A stretch of 64,000 nucleotides of DNA from Candidatus Woesearchaeota archaeon (GTDB lineage: Archaea > Nanobdellota > Nanobdellia > Woesearchaeales > GW2011-AR9): assembly GCA_018696595.1 (NCBI GenBank), contig JABHQW010000008.1, positions 352,001-416,000 on the forward strand. Reading direction: 5' to 3'. The first letter of the stretch is position 1. The number at the start of each line of letters is the position of its first letter. The translations under genes were made by a program, and so were the position numbers. The notes beneath the pieces are model-generated. The model searched no databases and was not told the origin of the DNA. It saw only the letters and a list, made by a program, of their open reading frames with translations. Shown piece after piece: positions 45,799-55,062 of this stretch.

Positions 45799-47013
45799 AT
45801 GATAAGAGACTACTTTAGGTTAGCATATAAAAGTGCCAAACAAAGAAAGATGCGTTCTTGGCTAACTATGATTGGTATTTTTATTGGTATTGCTGCCGTT
45901 GTGGCTTTAGTTTCTCTTTCTCAAGGTTTACAAACCGCTATTGCTGAACAGTTTGTAGGTTTAGGTTCTGATAAAATAATTATTCAGGGAATCAGTTCTG
46001 GTTTTGGTCCTCCTGGGACAGGTGTTGAAGTTCCTTTAACTATTAATGATCGGGAAGTTCTTGAAAAGGTTAAAGGTATTGATAATGTTGTTGGTAGATT
46101 AGTTCGTTCTGTTAAAATAGAATCCAATGATGAAGTTAAATATTCATTTGGTGCTTCTCTTCCAGAAGATAGTGAAGATATTGATTTAGCAGTTGAGGCT
46201 AATAATTATAAGATTGGTCAAGGTCGCTTGCTTAAGAAAGGGGACAAATACAAAGTAATGATTGGACACAACTTTGCAGAAGATTTCTTTGATAACAGTT
46301 TAGAAGTAAGAGATAAAGTTTTAATTGAAGATTTTGATTTTAAGATCGTTGGGATTTTAAAGAAATCAGGGAACCCTCAACAGGACGAAACCATAGTAAT
46401 TCCTGAAGCCGCAATGAGAGAAATCTTGGGAATCGAAGAAACTTATGATATTATACCTGCAAAAATCAGTGCTGGTGAAGATCTTACAATAATTACAGAA
46501 AGAGCGAAAAAAGAATTAAGAAAATATCGTAATGTGGAAGAAGGTAAAGAAGATTTTACAATTCAAACTCCTGAAAGTCTTTTGGCTACTCTTAATACCA
46601 TTTTATTAATCGTACAAGGTGTCCTAGTTGGTATTGCTGCAATTTCTCTTGTTGTTGGTGGTATAGGAATTATGAACACGATGTATACTGCTGTTTTAGA
46701 AAGAACTAAAGAAATCGGTGTGATGAAAGCAATTGGCGCTAGGAATTGGGAAATTATGTCTATCTTTGTTATTGAATCCGGGATGTTGGGCGTGATTGGT
46801 GGAATCATTGGGGTAAGTTTAGGTTTTGGAATTAGTAAATCAGTTGAACTTATTGCCTTCCAAATTTATGGTAGCTTTTTAATAAGAGCAGATTTTAATT
46901 TGGGGTTGTTGATTGGAATGTTAACATTTGGATTTGTTATTGGGGCTTTGTCTGGTTGGTTCCCAGCAAGACAAGCGGCTGCTTTGAAACCGGTGGATGC
47001 ATTAAGAAAATAA
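45799..47013 (+). CDS. MacB/FtsX-type ABC transporter permease
   Basis: RSWLTMIGIFIG, VGGIGIMNTM, ERTKEIGVMKAIGA, PVDALR. Confidence 0.92.
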   Translation: MIRDYFRLAYKSAKQRKMRSWLTMIGIFIGIAAVVALVSLSQGLQTAIAEQFVGLGSDKIIIQGISSGFGPPGTGVEVPLTINDREVLEKVKGIDNVVGRLVRSVKIESNDEVKYSFGASLPEDSEDIDLAVEANNYKIGQGRLLKKGDKYKVMIGHNFAEDFFDNSLEVRDKVLIEDFDFKIVGILKKSGNPQQDETIVIPEAAMREILGIEETYDIIPAKISAGEDLTIITERAKKELRKYRNVEEGKEDFTIQTPESLLATLNTILLIVQGVLVGIAAISLVVGGIGIMNTMYTAVLERTKEIGVMKAIGARNWEIMSIFVIESGMLGVIGGIIGVSLGFGISKSVELIAFQIYGSFLIRADFNLGLLIGMLTFGFVIGALSGWFPARQAAALKPVDALRK

Positions 47014-47014
47014 A

Positions 47015-48226
47015 ATGATAAAAGACTATTTCAAAATACCAGCAAAGGAAATCAGAAGAAGGAAGTTACGTAGTTGGTTAACTCTTATCGGTATTTTCAT
47101 TGGTATTGCTGCGATTGTTTCTTTGATTACTTTAGGTCAGGGTTTAGAGAATGCAATTGAAAAACAGTTCTCTGCTTTGGGAAAAGATAAATTGTTCATT
47201 CTACCAAAAGGGGGATTCTTTGGAATGGGTTCTTCAGAATTACTTACAGAAGATGACTTAGAATTGGTTCAGGGTACTTCTGGTGTTAAGATTGCTACTG
47301 GTCTTACGCAAGGTTTCGCTAAATCTGAATTTAATGATTTGGTTCATTATGGTTTCATTTCAGGGATTTCTACGGATCCTGAAGAAAGAGCTTTAGTGTG
47401 GGATGCACAGACTTATGGAATGGCGGAAGGGAGATTGTTAAGGAAAGGTGATAAGTTCAAAACAATCTTGGGTTATGAATATTCTTTGCCTAATTTATTT
47501 GATAAGAGAGTAGAATTGGGAGATAAAATTTTACTACATAATAAAGAGTTTAAGGTGGTGGGGTTCTTGGAAAAGATTGGTTCTCCCCCTGATGATCAAG
47601 CAGCGATTATCCCTTTAGATGCATACGAGGAAGTATTTGATTCTAATAATGAACTCAATTTTATTATTGCTCAAACTAAATTGGCAGAAGATCCTTTTTT
47701 AGTTGCTGAAGATATAGAAGAAGAATTAAGGGACGATCATCGTCTTGATGAAGGCGAAGAGGATTTTGAGATTCAAACTCCTGAACAATTTGCAGAAACT
47801 TTTGGAGTTATCTTAGATATTGTCCAAATTGTTTTAATTGGTATTGCAGGAATTGCACTTTTGGTTGGTGGTATCGGGATTATGAATACCATGTTCACTG
47901 CTGTTTTACAGAGAACGAAAGAGATTGGAATTATGAAAGCTATTGGGGCAAGAAACTCTCACATTTTATACTTATTTTTAGTTGAGTCGGGATTGTATGG
48001 TATTCTGGGGGGTTTAATTGGAGTTACTCTAGGAATCGGGTTTGCTAAACTTACTGAATTTGCTTTTGTTCAAGCAGTAGGGCCAGCATTCTTAGTAATA
48101 ACCATTGATTGGGTTCTTATAATTGGAACATTAATTTTTTCATTTTTAATTGGTGTTCTTTCTGGAATTGCTCCTGCAAGAAGAGCATCTAAATTGAATC
48201 CTGTAGATTCGCTAAGGTATGAATAG
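47015..48226 (+). CDS. MacB/FtsX-type ABC transporter permease (paralog)
   Basis: Same motifs as the upstream permease. Confidence 0.92.
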   Translation: MIKDYFKIPAKEIRRRKLRSWLTLIGIFIGIAAIVSLITLGQGLENAIEKQFSALGKDKLFILPKGGFFGMGSSELLTEDDLELVQGTSGVKIATGLTQGFAKSEFNDLVHYGFISGISTDPEERALVWDAQTYGMAEGRLLRKGDKFKTILGYEYSLPNLFDKRVELGDKILLHNKEFKVVGFLEKIGSPPDDQAAIIPLDAYEEVFDSNNELNFIIAQTKLAEDPFLVAEDIEEELRDDHRLDEGEEDFEIQTPEQFAETFGVILDIVQIVLIGIAGIALLVGGIGIMNTMFTAVLQRTKEIGIMKAIGARNSHILYLFLVESGLYGILGGLIGVTLGIGFAKLTEFAFVQAVGPAFLVITIDWVLIIGTLIFSFLIGVLSGIAPARRASKLNPVDSLRYE

Positions 48227-48266
48227 AAAGTTAAATAAAATATAAAAGAAGGAATAACAAAATATT

Positions 48267-48974
48267 ATGAAAAAAACAAAATACCCTTTGATTGAACTTA
48301 AAGAAGTTTGGAAAACTTATTACATCGGGAAAGTTTCTTTAGATGTGCTTAAGGGGGTTGATTTAGTGATTAACAAAGGAGAGTTTGTTGTTATTGTTGG
48401 TCCTTCTGGATCTGGTAAAAGTACAATGATGAATCAAGTTGGTGTCTTAGACGTACCAACAAGTGGAACAATCAATCTTAATGGGGTTGACATTTCTACG
48501 TTAACTGAATCTGATTTGGCGCAATTAAGGGGGAAAACAATTGGTTTTGTATTTCAACAGTTTAATTTAATTCCAACCTTAACTGCTTTAGAAAATGTTA
48601 CTTTACCAACAATTTTTCAGAATGTTCCAGAATTGGAAAGGTTGGGGAAAGCTAAAGAACTATTACAAATGGTCGATTTAGGAGACAGAATGAACCATAA
48701 ACCTAATGAATTAAGTGGTGGACAACAGCAAAGAGTAGCAATTGCTCGTGCTTTGGTTAATGATCCCGAAATTATTTTGGCTGATGAGCCAACTGGAAAC
48801 CTAGATTCTAAGTCAGGACAACAAGTAATGGATTTTCTTGCTAATTTACATACAAAAGAAGGTAAAACTATAATTCTGGTGACTCACGATTTAGAGTTAG
48901 TAAGGTATGCTCAGAAAGTGGTTTATCTGAAAGACGGTGAAGTTGTTAAGATTAAGAAGAATCATCGGGGATGA
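48267..48974 (+). CDS. ABC transporter ATP-binding protein (LolD/MacB type)
   Basis: GPSGSGKS, LSGGQQQR, ADEPTGNLDS, VTHD. Confidence 0.95.
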   Translation: MKKTKYPLIELKEVWKTYYIGKVSLDVLKGVDLVINKGEFVVIVGPSGSGKSTMMNQVGVLDVPTSGTINLNGVDISTLTESDLAQLRGKTIGFVFQQFNLIPTLTALENVTLPTIFQNVPELERLGKAKELLQMVDLGDRMNHKPNELSGGQQQRVAIARALVNDPEIILADEPTGNLDSKSGQQVMDFLANLHTKEGKTIILVTHDLELVRYAQKVVYLKDGEVVKIKKNHRG

Positions 48975-49090
48975 TTTTTTTTCTAGTTTTAAGTGTTTTG
49001 TGATGGTTAAATAGTAAAATATCTTTTAAACTAGCTAAATCTTTATAAATCATGATATGGAGTAACAGGTAAAAGGGTGAGGTGAGCTTC

Positions 49091-50695
49091 ATGGAACAAA
49101 AACAATTAGATGAAGAAGATACTTTTTTTGGTGAAGAATTCATTGAGGAAGATACTCCTAAGAAGGAACTCAAAGAAGAGAAACCACTAAAAAAAGAGAA
49201 ATCAAAAGCTTCTACAAAAAAAACAGTTAAAAAAGAAGCGGCAGATAAAATGGAAACAAAAGAAGAACCGAAAACGGTTATTATTGATGAGAATGATAAA
49301 GAAGTTAAAGATAACACTGAAGAAGTGAAAATAACTTCTACTAAGGAACCAATTAAAGAAGAACCAAAAGCTGAACCAAAAGCTGAAACAATAGCACCAA
49401 TTGATCCTTGGGCTGATGAAGATGAAGACGAAGGTGGGATGTTTAAAAGTACTTCTTCTTGGAAATTGATCTCCGGAATTTTGATTATATTACTGATAGT
49501 CTCAGTTTATACAAACGGATTTGGATTAGCAGCAAGCAATGGTCTAGGGGATGATATCTCTTTAACAGAAGCTGAGGTTAAAGCGTTAGGTTATGTAAAT
49601 AATAATCTATTACAAGCACCATTTGTGGCGGAATTAACTAGTTCTGAAGATGCTGGCAATTTGTATAAAGTGACTTTAAGTGTAGCTGGACAAACAGTTG
49701 ATTCTTACATTACAAAAGATGGTAGTTTATTTTTTCCACAAGGATTTGAAACTGTTGAAGCGGCTGTTGAAGCAGTAGAAGTTTCTATGGACGATGATAC
49801 TGTTAAAGGAGATGCTAATGCGCCTGTAACAATTATTGAGTTTAGTGACTTTGAATGTCCTTTCTGTGGCAAGTATGTTTCAGAAACATATCCTCAGATT
49901 GTTAAGGATTACATTGAGACTGGTAAGGTTAAGTATGTATTTAGGGACTTCCCATTAGATTTCCATCCTAGTGCTCAGAAAGCAGCAGAAGCCGCTGAAT
50001 GTGCAGGAGAACAAGGAAAGTATTGGGAAATGCATGATGTTTTGTTTGAGAATCAAGATGCATTAGAAGTAGAGACCCTCAAAATGTATGCAGTTAGTCT
50101 TGGTTTAGATACTGCTGAGTTTAATAGCTGTTTAGATTCTGGAGCAATGGCCGAAGAAGTTAAGAAAGACTTAGCTGACGGTCAAGCTTATGGGGTTTCA
50201 GGAACACCTGGATTTTTCATTAACGGAAAATTAATATCCGGTGCACAACCTTTTGAAGCGTTTAAACAAGAGATCGAAGCGGCTTTAGTTGAAGCTTCCG
50301 GTGAAGTAGTTGAGACAGAAGAGCCAGTTGTTGTTGAAGAACCAGTTGTAGAAGTGGTGGTTGAACCCGAAACAGAAGTTGTAGTGGCAGATCCAGTAGT
50401 TGAGGAACCAGTTGTTGTAGCACCTGTTGGAGAGTTAAAAGTTGTTCCAGTTACAGCAAAGAAATGGATGTTCGGACCTAACCAAATTGTTGCTAATGTG
50501 GGTGATACTGTTCAATTAAATATTGTCCCTAATGGATTAGATTTTACTTTTGCTTTGCCAGCGTTTGGGCTTGAACAAGAGATTGTTGGTCCTACAACCG
50601 TTGAGTTTACTGTTGATACAGTTGGTGAGTTTGAGTTCAAATGTAGCAGTTGTGAAGATTGGCGAGGAATGATTGGAACTATAGTTGTTGAGTAA
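49091..50695 (+). CDS. membrane-anchored DsbA-family thiol-disulfide oxidoreductase with C-terminal cupredoxin-like domain
   Basis: EFSDFECPFC, YVFRDFP, GVSGTPGFFING; C-terminal FEFKCSSCEDWRGM; ATG 49091 after GGTGA. Confidence 0.88.
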   Translation: MEQKQLDEEDTFFGEEFIEEDTPKKELKEEKPLKKEKSKASTKKTVKKEAADKMETKEEPKTVIIDENDKEVKDNTEEVKITSTKEPIKEEPKAEPKAETIAPIDPWADEDEDEGGMFKSTSSWKLISGILIILLIVSVYTNGFGLAASNGLGDDISLTEAEVKALGYVNNNLLQAPFVAELTSSEDAGNLYKVTLSVAGQTVDSYITKDGSLFFPQGFETVEAAVEAVEVSMDDDTVKGDANAPVTIIEFSDFECPFCGKYVSETYPQIVKDYIETGKVKYVFRDFPLDFHPSAQKAAEAAECAGEQGKYWEMHDVLFENQDALEVETLKMYAVSLGLDTAEFNSCLDSGAMAEEVKKDLADGQAYGVSGTPGFFINGKLISGAQPFEAFKQEIEAALVEASGEVVETEEPVVVEEPVVEVVVEPETEVVVADPVVEEPVVVAPVGELKVVPVTAKKWMFGPNQIVANVGDTVQLNIVPNGLDFTFALPAFGLEQEIVGPTTVEFTVDTVGEFEFKCSSCEDWRGMIGTIVVE

Positions 50696-50737
50696 AAACC
50701 AAAAAGCTTTTATTATCTTTTTCTTTTTCTTTTTTTT

Positions 50738-51256
50738 ATGCGTAAAAAGAAGGAAAAATTGTTCAGTAAGATTATCATTGTTTTATTCTTAATCATGATT
50801 GCTGTTGGGTTTATGATCCCGGGGTCTATTGATTCTAATAATGACTCTCAAGGTTATGTTGAGCCAAGAATCTGTCAAGTTGATGTTGATTGCTATTTGA
50901 TTTGTGAGGATAAGCCCGTTAAAGTGTTATGCTCTCAGAATTTATGCGTTCAGAATACTTGTGAAGAAGGAAATTATTATTCTTTTAATGACAATCCTTT
51001 AAGTTTCGAGTTGGTTGTTGAGGGAAATGGTACTTCTCTTGATCTAATTGGAAAAGATGAAGATCTTTTTGTTAAATTTAGTGGCAACCAAGTTAGTCTG
51101 TATTCTTCTGGATTATCTCTTGGCCATGTTTTAGAGAAAGTCGGAATGAAAATAGATTCTGAATTTTCAATGGTTTACGTTAACAATGAACAGAATTATG
51201 CTTACTCTGAGTTTGTTCCTAAAGAAGGAGATAGTGTTAAGATTGTTTATGAGTAA
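50738..51256 (+). CDS. membrane-anchored hypothetical protein with Cys-rich module
   Basis: N-terminal TM, 5 Cys, GDSVKIVY C-terminus. Confidence 0.7.
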   Translation: MRKKKEKLFSKIIIVLFLIMIAVGFMIPGSIDSNNDSQGYVEPRICQVDVDCYLICEDKPVKVLCSQNLCVQNTCEEGNYYSFNDNPLSFELVVEGNGTSLDLIGKDEDLFVKFSGNQVSLYSSGLSLGHVLEKVGMKIDSEFSMVYVNNEQNYAYSEFVPKEGDSVKIVYE

Positions 51257-51267
51257 GTTTTATATAT

Positions 51268-51288
51268 CTTCTTCTTCTTCTTCTTCTT
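51268..51288. repeat. (CTT)7 microsatellite in intergenic region
   Basis: Seen directly. Confidence 0.9.
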
Positions 51289-51322
51289 AATAAATATTTA
51301 ATAAAAAATGAGGCTGATATAT

Positions 51323-52270
51323 ATGAAAAAGATAATTTTAATGTTAAGTTTATTGGTAATTGCAATGTTTTTAGTTGGTTGTACTGGGGAAGTTTCTGAT
51401 GAAGAACTCAATGCTGAATTGGAAGAACTCTCTGATGAAGAGTTTCTTGATGTTATTTCTGATGAAGAACCCGGTGCTTTAGCAGGACAAGCTCGTGCTA
51501 TACCTATAAGTAGAGTAAGATCAAAAATTAAAAAATTAACCTGGACATGTACTGAAAGTGATGGACAAGTTATTTATGATTCTTCTTTTGGTTCCAAGTT
51601 AATGGAAAGAAATATGTGTTTAGGTAATAATCTTAATGTGATTTACTGTGATGGAAATGAACTGAGGTGGGACAAACTTGCTGTTTGCAACAATGGTTGT
51701 GAAAATGGCGCTTGTATTGGGGAGTTTCCAAATAATAAACTTACGTTGTACCAAAATAATGTTTACAAGGCCATTATAAAAGCAGAGGGGACCAGTTATC
51801 CTTTCTATTTTGATATTATAAAAGAAGAATTAACGTTAACTTATTCAGGCAATAATGTAGCTTATAAATTAGAAAAGTCAGCAAATGGCAATTATGAGGA
51901 TAATTTTAAGATTGGTGGTGTATCTTATTCTGTACTTTTAGATTTTAGTATTATTAATCAAACTAAGATTGTTTTAAATAATTGGCCTGGGACTGATGGA
52001 ATGATGAAATCTGCATTATACTTAGATGATACCTACTCTAATTCTTTCAAATTAAAAGGAACCAGTAACTCTTATTATTTTGATTTTGAAGAAGAGAAAT
52101 TGATATTTAATTATTGGGAGAATAATGTAATCAAAAAGTTAGCAATGGAAAAATTTGGTGATGTGTATGTTGGTACTTTTAAAGTTGGCGGAATGTCTTA
52201 TCCAGTAACTGTGGACTTTAGTTTTGATTCTCCTGTGATGACTTTGTTTGGTTGGCCAGGAACTTCATAA
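51323..52270 (+). CDS. lipoprotein with two tandem ~88-aa beta-rich repeats
   Basis: MKKIIL...lipobox LVG-C; both repeats end in WPGT. Confidence 0.78.
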   Translation: MKKIILMLSLLVIAMFLVGCTGEVSDEELNAELEELSDEEFLDVISDEEPGALAGQARAIPISRVRSKIKKLTWTCTESDGQVIYDSSFGSKLMERNMCLGNNLNVIYCDGNELRWDKLAVCNNGCENGACIGEFPNNKLTLYQNNVYKAIIKAEGTSYPFYFDIIKEELTLTYSGNNVAYKLEKSANGNYEDNFKIGGVSYSVLLDFSIINQTKIVLNNWPGTDGMMKSALYLDDTYSNSFKLKGTSNSYYFDFEEEKLIFNYWENNVIKKLAMEKFGDVYVGTFKVGGMSYPVTVDFSFDSPVMTLFGWPGTS

Positions 52271-52366
52271 ATTTTTTCTTTCTTTTCTTTTTTCAATTAT
52301 GCATTCTTTTCTATAATCATCACACGCCCATAATATTTATAAATAGATGATTCTCTATCTTTTGTT

Positions 52367-53653
52367 ATGGATGAAAAACAAAAATCATTAAATTATCACT
52401 CTCAAAAAATACCTGGGAAAATAACTGTAGTTCCTACTAAACCTTGCACTACTGCAGAAGAATTATCTTTAGCTTATACTCCTGGTGTTGCTGAACCCTG
52501 TTTGGAAATAAAAAATAATCCTACAGATGCTTACAAATACACTGCTAGGGGAAATTTGGTCGCTGTAATAAGTAATGGCACTGCGGTTTTGGGTTTGGGA
52601 AACATTGGTGCTCTTGCTGGTAAACCAGTTATGGAAGGCAAGGGAGTTTTATTTAAGAGATTTTCAGGGGTTGATGTTTTTGATTTAGAGATTAATGAAA
52701 CAGATCCTCAAAAATTTATTGAAATCGTTGCTTCTTTAGAACCTACTTTTGGTGGAATTAATCTTGAAGATATTAAAGCCCCCGAATGTTTCCAGATTGA
52801 AGAAGAATTAATTAAGAAAATGAATATTCCTGTTTTTCACGATGATCAACATGGTACTGCAGTAATTACGGCTGCTGGTTTGTTAAATGCTTTGCAAATT
52901 GCTAAGAAAAAAATTGAAGAAGTGAAGATGGTTTTTTCTGGTGCGGGAGCAGCAGCGATTGCTTGTGCAAATCTTTTGGTTGATTTGGGTGCAAAGAAAG
53001 AAAATATTTTCATGTTTGATAGTAAAGGTCTTTTGACAAGGGGGAGGTTACCAGAACTGAATAAATATAAAGCTAAATTTGTTCAAGAAAATAATCACAG
53101 TTTAACAGATGCTTTTGTTGGAGCAGACGTTTTTATTGGCGTTTCTAAAGGCAATATTATTTCTCAGGAAATGGTTAAGTCGATGGCTAAATTGCCAATT
53201 GTTTTTGCAATGGCTAATCCTACCCCTGAGATCTCTTATTTAGATGCTAAAGAAGCGGTTCCAGAGACCATCATGGCTACTGGTCGTTCAGATTATCCTA
53301 ACCAGGTTAATAATGTCCTTGGCTTTCCTTTTATCTTTCGTGGGGCTTTAGATGTACGTGCGACCCAAATTAATAAAGAAATGAAACTTGCTGCTGTAAA
53401 GGCGTTAGCAGAATTGGCACATCAACCAGTTCCAAAAGAAGTAGTTGCTGCTTATGGTCAAGATTTTTCTTTTGGTCCAGATTATATTATCCCTAAACCT
53501 TTTGATCCTCGTGTTCTGTACCATGTTGCTCCGGCTGTGGCTAAAGCGGCCATGGAAAGTGGAGTCGCACAAAAAAATATTGATGATTTAGATCAATATA
53601 AAGAAGAATTAAAAGAATTAGCAAATAACCTTTCTCAAGGAAAGTTCTTGTAG
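52367..53653 (+). CDS. NAD(P)-dependent malic enzyme
   Basis: [55 protein letters not shown]. Confidence 0.95.
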   Translation: MDEKQKSLNYHSQKIPGKITVVPTKPCTTAEELSLAYTPGVAEPCLEIKNNPTDAYKYTARGNLVAVISNGTAVLGLGNIGALAGKPVMEGKGVLFKRFSGVDVFDLEINETDPQKFIEIVASLEPTFGGINLEDIKAPECFQIEEELIKKMNIPVFHDDQHGTAVITAAGLLNALQIAKKKIEEVKMVFSGAGAAAIACANLLVDLGAKKENIFMFDSKGLLTRGRLPELNKYKAKFVQENNHSLTDAFVGADVFIGVSKGNIISQEMVKSMAKLPIVFAMANPTPEISYLDAKEAVPETIMATGRSDYPNQVNNVLGFPFIFRGALDVRATQINKEMKLAAVKALAELAHQPVPKEVVAAYGQDFSFGPDYIIPKPFDPRVLYHVAPAVAKAAMESGVAQKNIDDLDQYKEELKELANNLSQGKFL

Positions 53654-53724
53654 TAGTGCAATCTTATTAATTACTAATGCTCTACTCATAAATCTTTATA
53701 AATAACTAGTTCTCTATTTTTGTT

Positions 53725-54936
53725 ATGGAATACGCAAGCATAATTAATTTTTTAGAAAAGATTGGCAAGATCGCCAATTTGGATGAAGCAGAATTAGAAC
53801 TGCTAAAAACACCACAACATATTCATCAGGCAGAACTAGAAGTTTCTGGTAAAAAGTATCCTGCATTTAGAGTACAACATAATAATGCTAGGGGGCCTTT
53901 CAAAGGAGGAATTAGATTTCATCCAGAAGTGAATCTTGATGAAGTTAAAGCTCTAGCTTTTTGGATGTCATTAAAGACTGCAACTGCAGACATTCCTCTT
54001 GGTGGTGGAAAAGGGGGAATTACAGTTAATCCTAAAGAATTGTCTAAAGAAGAGATTGAAGAATTAAGTCGTGCTTATGTTAAAGCTTTTTACAAAGTGA
54101 TTGGTCCGCAAGTAGACATTCCTGCTCCTGATGTTTATACTACTCCTGAAATAATGGCTTGGATAAGAGATGAATATGAAAAGTTAGTTGGGGAGAAAGC
54201 CCCTGGCGTTATTACTGGGAAACCAATTGAAGCTGGTGGATCTTTAGTTAGAGATATTGCTACTGCTCTTGGCGGAGTTTATGTTTTAGAAGAAGCAATG
54301 AAGAAAATTGGTTTATCTGAGAAAACTGTTGCTGTGCAAGGTTTTGGTAATGCGGGGATGAATGCTGCTAAATTGTTAGCGGAGAGGGGATTTAATGTTG
54401 TTGCTGTTTCAGATTCTAAAGGTGGAATACTTAATAATAATGGATTAAATATTGGGGAATTAATTAAAACCAAATCTGAAACTGGAAGCGTGGTTAATTA
54501 TTCTGATGCTGAGAAAATTTCTAATGCGGAGTTGTTAGAATTAGATGTTGCTGTTTTAGTACCTTCTGCTTTAGCGAATGTTATTACTGCAGAAAATGCT
54601 GGTAATGTTAAAGCAAAAGTTGTTGTTGAGTTAGCTAATGGTCCAACAACTTCTGGGGCTGATGAAATTTTACATTCTAATAATGTTTTAGTGTTGCCTG
54701 ATATTCTTGCTAACGCTGGCGGTGTAACTGTTTCATATTTTGAATGGTTACAGAACAATGAAGATTATTATTGGGACGCAGAAACTGTAAAAACTAAGTT
54801 GAAAGAGAAAATGATTAGTGCTTTTGAACAGATCTGGCAGAAGTATTCTGGAAGTGAGCATGATTTTAGAACTAATACGTACGTTTTAGCTGTTAAGAAG
54901 ATTTTAGATGCAGAGAGGGCTCGGGGAAGACTTTAG
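53725..54936 (+). CDS. gdhA: Glu/Leu/Phe/Val dehydrogenase (glutamate dehydrogenase)
   Basis: GPFKGGIRFHP, GGGKGG, DIPAPD, ITGKP, QGFGNAG, NAGGVTVSYFEW. Confidence 0.93.
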   Translation: MEYASIINFLEKIGKIANLDEAELELLKTPQHIHQAELEVSGKKYPAFRVQHNNARGPFKGGIRFHPEVNLDEVKALAFWMSLKTATADIPLGGGKGGITVNPKELSKEEIEELSRAYVKAFYKVIGPQVDIPAPDVYTTPEIMAWIRDEYEKLVGEKAPGVITGKPIEAGGSLVRDIATALGGVYVLEEAMKKIGLSEKTVAVQGFGNAGMNAAKLLAERGFNVVAVSDSKGGILNNNGLNIGELIKTKSETGSVVNYSDAEKISNAELLELDVAVLVPSALANVITAENAGNVKAKVVVELANGPTTSGADEILHSNNVLVLPDILANAGGVTVSYFEWLQNNEDYYWDAETVKTKLKEKMISAFEQIWQKYSGSEHDFRTNTYVLAVKKILDAERARGRL

Positions 54937-54974
54937 AATTCTTTTATTATTTTCTTTTACTTATATAAAAAAGC

Positions 54975-55027
54975 AAAAATCATTCTGATTTTTTGTTCTG
55001 TTTTAATTTATTCTAATTAAAACAGAA
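54975..55027. other. two adjacent inverted repeats between gdhA and aspS
   Basis: AAAAATCA-ttc-TGATTTTT and TTCTGTTTTAATT-tattct-AATTAAAACAGAA. Confidence 0.6.
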
Positions 55028-55062
55028 AAGCATAAAAACTAGTTATTATTCTACATTTTAAA

